This document shows positions 10,700 through 20,612 of a stretch of 64,000 nucleotides of DNA, piece after piece; positions within the stretch are counted from its first letter, which is position 1, and each line of letters begins with the position of its first letter. This DNA is from Natronospirillum sp. (lineage in GTDB: Bacteria > Pseudomonadota > Gammaproteobacteria > Pseudomonadales > Natronospirillaceae). The position numbers and the translations under genes are program-made. The notes under the pieces are model-generated. The model was not told the origin of the DNA. It made no database searches and was given only the letters and a program-made list of their open reading frames with translations. The stretch is taken from contig NZ_JAIUMC010000005.1 in the NCBI RefSeq assembly GCF_022565775.1, positions 2,878 to 66,877 of the forward strand, in the 5' to 3' direction.

Positions 10700-11794
10700 T
10701 CAGACGAAGCCCAGTGTATCCTGTACCGGAAAGCGTACGGTCAGTTCAGTGCCCGGCGTATAGGGCTCCGGCACCACCAGTGACAGCCTGGTCTGACCAA
10801 GATCAAGGCGCAGGCGCCACGAACGACCCTCGTAGATGCATTGCAGTACCTTGCCCATCAGTTCGTTGTGTTGTGCTGTGTCGAGCGCTGCCGGTGCCTC
10901 CCCAACAGGTCTATCTGACCGGGATTGCACCTCGATCGCGGACGGATGGAGCATGACCGACAGAGGCGTGTTGGAGCGCACATGCACCGATTTCTGCAGC
11001 TTGACGCGCAGAAATTGCCCGCTGACCAGTACCCGCCACAGGCCTTCCTGGTCGGCTTCCAGCGCTTCGCCACTGAGTCGACTGTCATAGCCGGCCAGGG
11101 CCGCCACCCAGGGCGATACCGGTGTTTCAAACAGGGAGCGGGTCGGCCCCAGCTGTTCCAGAAGACCATTGCGCAGTACCAGCAAACGATCCGCGAAAGC
11201 ACAGGCCTCCAGCGGATCATGGGTCACGTAGATGACCGTCTTGTCCAGACGCTGGAACAGATCGGCCAGTTCATGGCGCATTTCAAGGCGCAGTTGCACA
11301 TCCAGATTGGACAGAGGCTCGTCAAACAGCAGCAGGTCCGGGTCGGTCGCAAGCGCCCGGGCAATGGCGACGCGCTGCTGCTGACCGCCCGAAAGCTGGC
11401 CGGGCAATCGGTCGGCATAGGCCCGAATCTGCAACAGATCCAGCAACTCATCGACACGCTTGCGGCGTTCCGGACGGCTCAGGTGGTTGAGACCATAGCC
11501 GACAATGGTGCGCACCTTCATGTGTGGCCACAGCGCATAGTCCTGAAACACCATATTGACCGGTCGACGCTCCGGCGGCAGGCTGAAGCCGGCGCTGGCG
11601 ATCAGGTTGCCGTTCACCCGGATACTGCCCGCATCGGGGTTGTCCAGGCCGGATATCAGTTTCAGCAGAGTCGACTTGCCACAGCCGGACGGGCCAAGCA
11701 CACACAGTACTTCGCCCTCCTCCAGCTCAAGCGACAGGTCGCGCAAGGCCACTGCCTTGCCGTAATACTTGCTCAGACCTTCAAGCTGCAGCAT
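10700..11794 (-). CDS. ABC importer ATP-binding subunit (FbpC/PotA-like, TOBE C-terminus)
   Basis: Walker A GPSGCGKS, LSGGQQQRVA, LLFDEP and YVTHD. Start set at ATG 11794. Confidence 0.92.
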   Translation of the reverse strand: MLQLEGLSKYYGKAVALRDLSLELEEGEVLCVLGPSGCGKSTLLKLISGLDNPDAGSIRVNGNLIASAGFSLPPERRPVNMVFQDYALWPHMKVRTIVGYGLNHLSRPERRKRVDELLDLLQIRAYADRLPGQLSGGQQQRVAIARALATDPDLLLFDEPLSNLDVQLRLEMRHELADLFQRLDKTVIYVTHDPLEACAFADRLLVLRNGLLEQLGPTRSLFETPVSPWVAALAGYDSRLSGEALEADQEGLWRVLVSGQFLRVKLQKSVHVRSNTPLSVMLHPSAIEVQSRSDRPVGEAPAALDTAQHNELMGKVLQCIYEGRSWRLRLDLGQTRLSLVVPEPYTPGTELTVRFPVQDTLGFV

Positions 11795-13589
11795 TGTCGG
11801 GTTCTCCTGCGGGCGCAGCCTTGTGGGCCGCGGTAGATTGGAATAGTGGTCTGCAGGCCCAGCGCACACCCTGATTGACCAGCATGATAATAAGCACCGT
11901 GACCAGCCCGGCCACCATGGTCGAGGCGGTCGACAGCCCGTAGTAGCCCTGCTGAAACTGGCGATTGATCACCACCGGCAATACCGGATATCCGGGAGGG
12001 TGCAGTATGGAGGTGATGGCCAGGTCGAATACACCGGTGCCGAAAGCGGCCAGAGTCGCTGACAGAATGGCGCCCAGCGTCAGTGGAATGACAATGGTCA
12101 GTATCCGACGCGGCAGGGAAACGCCCTGCAGGGCAGCCGCGTTCAGAAAGGAGGCCGGCACCTGACTCATGGCGCCCAGCACCACACGGATGGCGATGGG
12201 AATGGCCCCCGCCATGGCAGCCAGCACCAGAATGGCGGGATTGCCATAAAGATTCAGGCCCCACTGACCGAGCCAGGGGTGATTCCAGACAAAGATGAAG
12301 CCCACCCCGAGTATGACCCCCGGAACCGCCAGGGTTGCCGTGCAGGTCACGTCGATCAGACGGTTCAGGGAAAAACGGCTGAAGGTCAGCAGGTAGGCCG
12401 CGGAGACGGACACGATAATGCTGCCCACTGCCGCCCAGGCGGCAATACGCAGTGAGTTCTGCAGGGCCTGCAGGAAGCGGGAACCCGGCGTCAGTATCTC
12501 GCCATAAAACCGCAGTGTCAGATTGTCCCAGGCCAGACCGCCGCTGATGCGCTCGATCACCGACAGGCTGAAGCTGGTGCCTATGGGCACCCCCAGCGCC
12601 AGCACGACAAACCCCAGTGCCACCACCGACAGCAGGATACTGAACTTCTGACTGCCGCTGTAGCCGGCTTGCGCGCGGGCGGTCAGAAAGTCGAAACGCG
12701 AACGTCGCAACAGCCAGAAATAGAGGCTGACGGCGATCGCCAGTATGACCACCAGGTAAAAGGACAGCACGCCCGCCAGATCAAAGCGGATCGGAGACTG
12801 GTTGATGGCGGTATAAATCGTGTAGGGCAATGTCGGGTAGCGATAGGTCGTGGCCAGCGCTGCGGGCAGCCCGAAGTCGCCGATGGTATCAATGAACACC
12901 AGCACCATGCCCGACAGGATGGCGGGCAGCAACAGCGGGAAGCGGATGGTCAGCAGTGTGCGCCAGACGCCAGCACCGCAGAGTTGCGCAGCATGCTGGT
13001 ATTCACGAACGTGCCACTGCATGGCAGCGGACACCGCCAGGTAGGCGAACGGATAGTTGGTCAGGCTCATGATGACGACCAGACCATTGGGCGAGAATAC
13101 CCAGTCGTAAACCATGGGCAGGCCCAGCCACTGGGCCGCTATGCCATCGCGGATAGCAAACAGAATCCAGCCCTGGGCAATCACGAAGGAAGGCATGATC
13201 AACAGCGCCCAGGCGGTCACATCCAGCGCTGCCGCGCCCGCAAAGCGTGCACTGTGCCGCATCACCGCGAGGCTGGCCCCCAGCAGAGTCCCCAGCACCG
13301 CAGTACCGGCCGCCAGATACAGAGAATTCGTCAGTGACACGCGCCACAACCGACGGTTGAACAGCTCGAACAGATTGCTCAGCCCGGCAAATTCGAAGTT
13401 GCCGCGCAGAATGCCCGGGTAGAAGGCCTGCGCCAGCACCAGCACCATGGGGGCGCCGATCAATACCAGCAGGAGCAGGCACACCAGGATGCCCAGACCG
13501 GTGTCAGCCGAGGGCCGCCTGAGGTACAGGCGACCCAGCAGGCGGCGCCCGGTATCTGCCAGTCCGGGCAGAACAGCGGGCGTGGTCAT
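11781..13589 (-). CDS. ABC importer permease, duplicated FbpB/AfuB type
   Basis: 602 aa, about 12 TM, two EAA-like loops (AAQLCGAG, AAALQGVS). Confidence 0.9.
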   Translation of the reverse strand: MTTPAVLPGLADTGRRLLGRLYLRRPSADTGLGILVCLLLLVLIGAPMVLVLAQAFYPGILRGNFEFAGLSNLFELFNRRLWRVSLTNSLYLAAGTAVLGTLLGASLAVMRHSARFAGAAALDVTAWALLIMPSFVIAQGWILFAIRDGIAAQWLGLPMVYDWVFSPNGLVVIMSLTNYPFAYLAVSAAMQWHVREYQHAAQLCGAGVWRTLLTIRFPLLLPAILSGMVLVFIDTIGDFGLPAALATTYRYPTLPYTIYTAINQSPIRFDLAGVLSFYLVVILAIAVSLYFWLLRRSRFDFLTARAQAGYSGSQKFSILLSVVALGFVVLALGVPIGTSFSLSVIERISGGLAWDNLTLRFYGEILTPGSRFLQALQNSLRIAAWAAVGSIIVSVSAAYLLTFSRFSLNRLIDVTCTATLAVPGVILGVGFIFVWNHPWLGQWGLNLYGNPAILVLAAMAGAIPIAIRVVLGAMSQVPASFLNAAALQGVSLPRRILTIVIPLTLGAILSATLAAFGTGVFDLAITSILHPPGYPVLPVVINRQFQQGYYGLSTASTMVAGLVTVLIIMLVNQGVRWACRPLFQSTAAHKAAPAGEPDNAAA

Positions 13590-14611
13590 CAGTTAATGGC
13601 CTGATCGGCAAACCAGCTCTTGATGTCCGCTTCATGCTCGGCCGCCCAGGCTGCCGGAGCAATGCGGTAAATCGCATCAGCCGGAGGTCCGTCAGCACGC
13701 TGGTTGACGCCTTCAACCGAGGGCAGGAAAAAGCCGTCAACGCCACCCTCGTCGGTCAGGAATTGCTGCGTTTCTGCCGTCAGTACCCAGTTGATGAAGG
13801 CCTCCGCCGCGTCCTGGCGCTGTGTGTTCGCCTGAATGGCGACGCCGCGCGATGACGCAGGAGCGCCTTCTTCCGGCCACACTACAGAAACCGGGTTGTC
13901 GCTGTTCTGCAGATTATAGGACTGGGGTGAGGACAACAGGGCCACATGGGTCTCTCCTGCGGCCAGAGCACGACCGGTCGGCCCGTTGGTGCGGAAAACA
14001 CGCAGGTCATTGTCCAGAATGTCGGAATACAGGTCCCGCGCACCGTCCATGCCAAGGTCATAGTGCAGTGATGCCACACAGGGGTAAGCCGGTGCCGCCA
14101 CCGCAGGATCGGCCTGGCCGATCAGGCCGCGAAAACGGCTGTCGGTCAGGTCAGCAAAGGTCTGGGGTGCCTGATCCACCAGATCAGTACGGTAGGCGAT
14201 CACGCAGGAAGCCGTGGCGCCGGCAGGCATCCAGCCCAGGGTGTCCGGTACCAGTTCTCTGGCCTGTTCGGTCAGGTTGGCAAAATTGCCGGGCTCCCAG
14301 CCGCGCCGGAACTGACCTTCCTGATCCATGTTGTGCAGGCTGCCCACACCGTCGAACATCAGTACATCCCACTGGGGGTTATTGCTCTCGGCAGCGATAC
14401 GGGCCAGCAGGTTGCCGCCGCTCATTTGCACCACTTCAATGTCATAGCCCGTGTCTGCAGTAAACCGGTCGCCGACAATGTCTTCGAAATCGTTGGTGTA
14501 AAGGACCAGGGTGTCCGCGCTGGCGGCACAGGCCAGGCCCAGCAGACCAGTGCTGACGGCGAGGCTGAGACCCCGAAGGCGGAATCGATTGGCTACAGTT
14601 GCAACACTCAT
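13589..14611 (-). CDS. ABC importer extracellular solute-binding protein (AfuA/FbpA-like)
   Basis: Signal peptide ending ASA, SGGNLLARIAAE..NPQWDV and ADPAVAAPAY. Start set at ATG 14611 after GAGGA. Confidence 0.88.
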   Translation of the reverse strand: MSVATVANRFRLRGLSLAVSTGLLGLACAASADTLVLYTNDFEDIVGDRFTADTGYDIEVVQMSGGNLLARIAAESNNPQWDVLMFDGVGSLHNMDQEGQFRRGWEPGNFANLTEQARELVPDTLGWMPAGATASCVIAYRTDLVDQAPQTFADLTDSRFRGLIGQADPAVAAPAYPCVASLHYDLGMDGARDLYSDILDNDLRVFRTNGPTGRALAAGETHVALLSSPQSYNLQNSDNPVSVVWPEEGAPASSRGVAIQANTQRQDAAEAFINWVLTAETQQFLTDEGGVDGFFLPSVEGVNQRADGPPADAIYRIAPAAWAAEHEADIKSWFADQAIN

Positions 14612-14906
14612 GATGAATCCTCTGTTTTGGGGCGGAACCAGATCCGACGTCCCATTGTGTATATGGCTTTTATATGTCGATTTGATGACGTTTCTGTCTC
14701 TTTTTGTTCGATGTTTTGCGTGCCATCCCGGCCAACAACGAGTCCTTTCGAACAAGACAGGCAGCAGCGTAATGTCCGGTTGAAGAAGTGGGAATGGGGC
14801 TGCAGGTCCGACTATTACGGACAATGAAGTCCGCATTCGGTCATTTTATGGTCACACTTGTCTGGTAGAACGAAGCTTCCATGCGACTTCCGGACCGAAC
14901 GTCTAC

Positions 14907-15890
14907 ATGAACGACCTGCGCACGCAGCCTCGGCTGGCCCAGGGCAGCCAACCACTGAACAGTGACTCTCTGCCCCAGATTCTGGCTTTTGTCTATGCCG
15001 TCAGACATGGTGGCTTTGCGGCCGCCGGACGCAGACTCGGCCTGACCGCCTCCGCTGTTGGCAAGAGCGTCGCCCGACTGGAACGTGCGCTGGGCGTAAC
15101 ACTGCTCCACCGGACCACACGCAGCATCACGCTGACCGACATTGGCGAAGGCATCTACGAGCGTTACGGAGAAGCACTGCGTCTGCTGAAAGACGCTGAT
15201 CTGATGGCTCTGCAGGAAGCCAGCCTGCTGACCGGCACCCTGCGCCTTGATCTGCCCAAGGTCTACGGTGCCCGGGTCATCGGACCCATGCTGACGCGCT
15301 TTGCCGAGCAGCATCCGCTGCTGGGCATGGACATTCGGCTGAACGATGAAATCTGCAATCTGGTGGCCGAGGGTATAGACCTGGCGGTGCGCATTGGAGA
15401 AGTTGCCGAAAGCCGACTGGTGGCCCGCGTTCTGGACCAGCAGTATCTGGTGATTGTCGCTTCTCCGGGCTATCTCGAGCGACACGGCAGTCCGCAGCAG
15501 CCGGAAGACCTCAAACACCATCAGTGCCTTGGGTTCCGTCATGCATCACATGGTCGAATAAGACCCTGGCAATTCAGAATGGAAAACACGATCACGCATC
15601 TCACTCTGGAACATCGCTATCTGTTCGACGAGGGTATTGCCCTCAAGAGAGCCGCCGAGACGGGCTTTGGTGTTATTCAGGTGCCTTCCTACATGGTGCG
15701 TCGTGCCGTCAGTGAAGGCACGCTGCAGACGATTCTGAACGACTATCAGCCAGAACCGACGCCCATTTCACTGGTCTACCCCGGCCAGACCCGGCATTCG
15801 CCGAAGATCAGGGCTCTGGTGGAATTTCTGCTGCTGGAATCCAGCGCCGGGCGATTGGGGCCAGACGGGACACAGCGCGTCGGGTTCTGA
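14907..15890 (+). CDS. LysR-family transcriptional regulator
   Basis: N-terminal HTH (GFAAAGRRLGLTASAVGKSVARLE..LG..LLHRTTR) and LysR substrate domain; divergent from the ABC operon. Confidence 0.95.
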   Translation: MNDLRTQPRLAQGSQPLNSDSLPQILAFVYAVRHGGFAAAGRRLGLTASAVGKSVARLERALGVTLLHRTTRSITLTDIGEGIYERYGEALRLLKDADLMALQEASLLTGTLRLDLPKVYGARVIGPMLTRFAEQHPLLGMDIRLNDEICNLVAEGIDLAVRIGEVAESRLVARVLDQQYLVIVASPGYLERHGSPQQPEDLKHHQCLGFRHASHGRIRPWQFRMENTITHLTLEHRYLFDEGIALKRAAETGFGVIQVPSYMVRRAVSEGTLQTILNDYQPEPTPISLVYPGQTRHSPKIRALVEFLLLESSAGRLGPDGTQRVGF

Positions 15891-15923
15891 ACCTCGACTT
15901 TTTTCGTCTCTGCTAAATTCTAC

Positions 15924-15950
15924 TGAATATTTCCGTACAGCGGCCGACTA
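15924..15950 (+). promoter_or_regulatory. Possible sigma-28 (FliA) promoter of the chemoreceptor
   Basis: TGAATATT-N11-GCCGACTA versus consensus TAAAGTTT-N11-GCCGATAA, upstream of an MCP gene. Confidence 0.4.
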
Positions 15951-16032
15951 TACTGGGGATAGCCGGGCACTATAGTGTCAGGCCGTGGGTATTCGAATTA
16001 AAAACAACCCCCGAGTTTACTGGAGTTGCCGC

Positions 16033-17655
16033 ATGTTAATGAATCTGTCTATCAGACACCGCCTGATGGCGGCCTTTGGTCTGATCCTCGCCATCATTGT
16101 GGCCTGGGGCATACTCAGTCTGAGCCGCCTTGCCGCCACCAACGAGCAGATTACCGTGATCAGTCAGCAGCGTGTGCCTGGCCTGATTGCGGTCAATGAT
16201 GTTTATGACCATTTCAACCGTGTCGTCGTGCCGGCAACTGCCATTGTCTACTCTGCCACGGCAGAAGAACGCAGAGTCCTGCAAGAGCAGATAACAGAGC
16301 TGACCGAGCGCCTGGATACGGCCAGTGACGAGTATGGCGAGACCATGACCTCCGAATTCGAGCGTGAACGCTTTGCTGCCTATCTTGAACTGGAACAATC
16401 GTTCTTCGAGGCGTTGGAGGAAGCCATCGGTTTTGCCGCCAACTTCCGGGCGGCGGATGCGATCCGAATCTGGAGTGACCAGTTGATTCCCATTTCGGAT
16501 GAGGCGTCTTCCACCCTGCGTGAACTGGTCAGCTACAACCAGAACCTGGTCCAGGAAGCCGAGCAGAACGCCTCCCAGGCTTACCAATTGTCCATATTGC
16601 TGACTGTCGGGATTGCCGTCTTGGTGGCGTTGCTTCTGTTTGCCCTGGGCGCCACTCTGATCCGCAGTATCAGCGGCCCTCTGAGAGAGGCTGTGCGCGT
16701 GGCCGACAGCATTGCACAGGGCGACCTGTCCACCGAGATTCATGCCCAGGGCAATGACGAACTGGCGCAGTTGAAAGCCAGCCTGGGGGCCATGCAGGCC
16801 AGTCTGCGCGACGCGGTGGGCAGCATCCAGCAGTCTACTGAGCGCCTGGTCAATTCGGCCGATGCAATGAATGAAGTCACCGACCGGACGAAACAGAACA
16901 GCCAGCGCCAGAGCGACGAGCTCGAGCAGGCGGCAACTGCGGTCAATGAGCTGACTGTGGCCATTTCCGAAGTCGCCCAGACGGCCTCGGACACCGCTCG
17001 CGAATCCGAACAGGCTGACGAGCAGACCAGTGAGGGGCTCAGTGAAGTCAGCCGAGCCGTGGGTTCGATCGAAAAGCTGGTGAAAGATCTCGAATCGACC
17101 GGCCATGACGTGGACGAACTGTCTCAGCAGGTGCGCAATGTGACTGCCGTGCTGGATGTCATTCGTGGCATAGCCGAACAGACCAATCTGCTGGCACTCA
17201 ATGCCGCCATCGAGGCTGCACGAGCCGGCGAAGCCGGGCGTGGCTTTGCGGTAGTGGCAGACGAAGTGCGGGCACTGGCCAGCCGCACTGCAGACTCAAC
17301 CACCGAAATAGAAAGTATTATTCAGGCGGTTGAAACCGGCACAGCCAATGCGGTTAATGCCATGAAAACCAGCAATGAATCCGCCGCGCTCACCATGGAC
17401 GCAGGCAAGAAAGCCAGCGAGGCCCTGCAGGCGATTGCCAGCCTGGTCAGCAGTATTCGCGACCGCAATACTTCTTCCGCCAGTGCCGCAGAAGAACAGG
17501 CCCATGTGGCCCGGGAAATTGATGCGAATCTGGTCAACCTGCGCGACCTGGGCCAGCAGAGCGCCAGCGACGCGCTGACGGTCAGCAGCGCCGGAAACGA
17601 CCTGGTCACCCTGGCCGACGAACTTAAAAAGCTGGGCGCCCGTTTCCAGACCTGA
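16033..17655 (+). CDS. Methyl-accepting chemotaxis protein (4HB sensor, HAMP, MA domain)
   Basis: Two TM segments and the [34 protein letters not shown] signature. Start ATG 16033 after GGAG. Confidence 0.96.
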   Translation: MLMNLSIRHRLMAAFGLILAIIVAWGILSLSRLAATNEQITVISQQRVPGLIAVNDVYDHFNRVVVPATAIVYSATAEERRVLQEQITELTERLDTASDEYGETMTSEFERERFAAYLELEQSFFEALEEAIGFAANFRAADAIRIWSDQLIPISDEASSTLRELVSYNQNLVQEAEQNASQAYQLSILLTVGIAVLVALLLFALGATLIRSISGPLREAVRVADSIAQGDLSTEIHAQGNDELAQLKASLGAMQASLRDAVGSIQQSTERLVNSADAMNEVTDRTKQNSQRQSDELEQAATAVNELTVAISEVAQTASDTARESEQADEQTSEGLSEVSRAVGSIEKLVKDLESTGHDVDELSQQVRNVTAVLDVIRGIAEQTNLLALNAAIEAARAGEAGRGFAVVADEVRALASRTADSTTEIESIIQAVETGTANAVNAMKTSNESAALTMDAGKKASEALQAIASLVSSIRDRNTSSASAAEEQAHVAREIDANLVNLRDLGQQSASDALTVSSAGNDLVTLADELKKLGARFQT

Positions 17656-18414
17656 TCAGGTCCGGAACTGCTCGGCCCAGGGCTGCAGTTCGCCGGCAAC
17701 GGGTTTATCATGTTCGGCCAGAAAATCCAGAAACCGCGGCGCATTGGCAGTGACCACGCGCGCTTCGGGAAAGCCGATGGCATTGGCTTTCTCGATACAG
17801 GCATCGAAGTGCCCCAGCGTGAAGGCACTGTGCGAATCACTGCCAAACGACACCTTCCAGTCCAGCCGGTCGACCAGCTCCAAAATGTGGAGGCAATTGG
17901 GCTCACTGCCCTGTCGGGAATGGGTGAATGAACTGTTGTTGATTTCGATCAGCACATTGTTGTCTTTTGCCGCGCGCACCACCTCCTCGTAGTCGATCGG
18001 GTAGTTGGGATTGCCCGGATGACCAAGAATCTGGCAGCGGCCGGTTTCCAGCGTGCGGATCACCGCACGCGTGTTGGTTGCCAGGTCTGACGGCGGGAAC
18101 ACCGGCTCATGAAAGCTGGCAATCACATAGTCGAGAAAGGGATACATGCCGTCAGGCAGGCCGAGGCCCCCCTCCATCGGCTGGATGTTCGCCTCGATAC
18201 CCCGCAACAGAGCAACATTGCGATAAACGCGGGGCAATACCTTCATGTTTCCGAAGTGCCAGCCGTGTGCACCATCGGGCATATCCGGCGCGTGATCAGT
18301 CACCCCGAACATCTGCAGACCTCGCTCAACGGCAAGGGCCCAGTAGTCATGGACCGTGCTGTAGGCATGGTCGCTGGCCACCGTATGCATGTGGGTGTCG
18401 GTCAGAATCTGCAT
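17656..18414 (-). CDS. ycdX: PHP-domain phosphatase (YcdX-like)
   Basis: DTHMHT, TDHAP, GIEANI, GHPGNP and GSDSH metal-binding motifs. Confidence 0.85.
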   Translation of the reverse strand: MQILTDTHMHTVASDHAYSTVHDYWALAVERGLQMFGVTDHAPDMPDGAHGWHFGNMKVLPRVYRNVALLRGIEANIQPMEGGLGLPDGMYPFLDYVIASFHEPVFPPSDLATNTRAVIRTLETGRCQILGHPGNPNYPIDYEEVVRAAKDNNVLIEINNSSFTHSRQGSEPNCLHILELVDRLDWKVSFGSDSHSAFTLGHFDACIEKANAIGFPEARVVTANAPRFLDFLAEHDKPVAGELQPWAEQFRT

Positions 18415-18569
18415 GTCACGCCTCTTCAGTCAGCCTATTGATCAGAAAGAGTGCATTTTAACACAGCCCTATGACAGTCCCGGGTATAGCCATGACAGTC
18501 TGCGACTGAAATGAACCCATTATTGCCCTATACTCTCCGGCCGTTGATTGTATGTGAGCGCTTTCATCC

Positions 18570-20399
18570 ATGCTCGGATTTTTCGAACGCCTGATCAGGC
18601 CCTTCCCTCCCGAGGAGCCCAAACAGCCCCCGGACTCCCTGGTGGCTTTCTGTCGCCACTATACACGTGGTATGGAAGGTCCGCTGCTGATGATGTCTAC
18701 AGTTACCGTTTGCGTGGCGGTACTGGAAGTCATGCTCTTTGGATTCATGGGTCAGTTGGTGGACTGGCTCAGCACCAGCGAACGGGACACCTTTTTGCAG
18801 GACGAAGGCTGGAAGCTGGCCGGCATGGCGTTTCTGCTGCTGGTGGTCATGCCCGCCCTGACGCTGCTGCGGGCCGCCATCGTGCACCAGACGCTGCTCG
18901 GCAATTACCCCATGGTCATCCGCTGGCTGGCTCACCGCTACCTGCTCAAGCAGAGCCTGTCTTTCTACCAAAACGACTTTGCCGGCCGTATTGCAACCAA
19001 GGTCATGCAGACCTCACTGTCGATCCGGGAAACCGTGGTCAAGCTGCTGGATGTACTGGTCTTCATTATCGTCTACTTCATCACCATGGTCGTGCTGCTG
19101 GCCCAGCTCGACTGGCGCCTGGCGGTACCCATGGTGGTCTGGCTGGTGCTCTATGTCGGCGTGCAACTGCATTTTGTGCCCCAGCTCAAGCAGGTATCCG
19201 AGGAGCAGGCCGACGCGCGCTCCATCATGACCGGTCGAGTGGTCGACAGCTATACCAATATCCAGACCGTCAAACTATTCGCCCATACCGAGCGGGAGGC
19301 CGACTACGCTCAGCGTGGCATGGGCGGTTTCCTGGACACCGTTTACCGGCAGATGCGACTGGTCACCGGCATCAATTTCAGCGTCGAGGCGATCAACTAC
19401 GGGCTGGCCTTTGTGGTCGCCGCACTGTCAATCTGGCTCTGGCTGCAGGAAGCCGTGTCCGTGGGCGCCATTGCCGTGGCCATTGCCCTGGCTCTGCGCA
19501 TGAATGGCATGGCGCAGTGGATCATGTGGGAGATCAGCGCCCTGTTCGAGAACATCGGCAACGTCAATGATGGCATGAATACCATTGCGCGCCCGCGCGA
19601 CGTACTCGACGAGCCTCAGGCGCCGGCACTGACGGTTCCGCAGGGGCGGGTCGAATTTCGCCAGGTGCGCTTCCACTATGGCAAGGAATACGGTGTTTTC
19701 GACGATCTGAACCTGGACATCCGCCCCGGCGAGAAGGTCGGACTGGTCGGTCGCTCCGGTGCCGGCAAGTCAACGCTGGTGAATCTGCTGTTGCGCTTCC
19801 ACGATGTCGAGCGCGGACAGATTATGATTGACGGGCAAGACATCAGCCAGGTGTCGCAGGACAGCCTGCGTGCACAGATCGGCATGGTGACCCAGGATAC
19901 CTCTCTGCTGCACCGCTCGGTGCGGGACAATATTCTCTATGGGCGACCGGATGCTTCAGAGCAAGAGTTGCTGAACGCTACCCGTCAGGCCGAGGCTCAT
20001 GAATTCATTCCCGAACTGACCGACCCCTATGGCCAGTCAGGCTATGACGCCATGGTCGGGGAGCGCGGCGTCAAGCTGTCCGGCGGCCAGCGCCAGCGCA
20101 TCGCCATTGCCCGGGTGCTGCTCAAGGACGCCCCCATTCTGGTGCTGGACGAAGCCACCTCGGCGCTGGACTCGGAAGTGGAAGCGGCCATCCAGAAGAG
20201 CCTGAATCGCCTGATGGAAGGCAAGACCGTCATTGCCATAGCCCACCGCCTGTCCACCATCATGTCGATGGACCGCCTGATCGTGCTGGATCAGGGCCGG
20301 ATCGTCGAAATGGGCACGCACCAGGAACTGGTCAATGGGGGTGGGATCTATGCCCAGCTATGGGCGCATCAGACCGGAGGTTTTCTGGGGGAGGAATAG
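18570..20399 (+). CDS. ABC exporter, fused permease and ATPase (multidrug-type)
   Basis: N-terminal TM domain, GRSGAGKS, LSGGQRQRIAIAR, LVLDEATS and IAHRLST. Confidence 0.93.
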   Translation: MLGFFERLIRPFPPEEPKQPPDSLVAFCRHYTRGMEGPLLMMSTVTVCVAVLEVMLFGFMGQLVDWLSTSERDTFLQDEGWKLAGMAFLLLVVMPALTLLRAAIVHQTLLGNYPMVIRWLAHRYLLKQSLSFYQNDFAGRIATKVMQTSLSIRETVVKLLDVLVFIIVYFITMVVLLAQLDWRLAVPMVVWLVLYVGVQLHFVPQLKQVSEEQADARSIMTGRVVDSYTNIQTVKLFAHTEREADYAQRGMGGFLDTVYRQMRLVTGINFSVEAINYGLAFVVAALSIWLWLQEAVSVGAIAVAIALALRMNGMAQWIMWEISALFENIGNVNDGMNTIARPRDVLDEPQAPALTVPQGRVEFRQVRFHYGKEYGVFDDLNLDIRPGEKVGLVGRSGAGKSTLVNLLLRFHDVERGQIMIDGQDISQVSQDSLRAQIGMVTQDTSLLHRSVRDNILYGRPDASEQELLNATRQAEAHEFIPELTDPYGQSGYDAMVGERGVKLSGGQRQRIAIARVLLKDAPILVLDEATSALDSEVEAAIQKSLNRLMEGKTVIAIAHRLSTIMSMDRLIVLDQGRIVEMGTHQELVNGGGIYAQLWAHQTGGFLGEE

Positions 20400-20409
20400 A
20401 AGACAGTGC

Positions 20410-20519
20410 ATATTAGTCGACAGATGACAGTAGACTGTCGACAGTGAAGGCATGGCAACCTTGGGTGGTCAGGCTGCGACTTTACTGTCTTCTGTGCACT
20501 GTCTACCGTCGACCAATAT
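20410..20519. repeat. About 110-nt imperfect palindrome built from 7-bp units (GACAGTR-like)
   Basis: 40-nt arms 20410-20449 and 20480-20519 match at 30/40 positions as reverse complements, with four heptamer units per arm. Confidence 0.75.
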
Positions 20520-20612
20520 TTAATCTGTTGTAAACAACAATAACCGCATAATAGAGACAAACCACCAACTGCCCTCTTACAATCCGCTCATCATGAACAC
20601 TAGAGACCCGTG

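Noticed and set aside
13589-14836. Long N-terminal extensions in the ORF track (SBP, icmF, tamB, glnA, mshN, orphan pilin)
   Set aside because: Downstream starts have better RBS, signal peptides or coupling overlaps. The extensions run through promoters or neighbouring genes.
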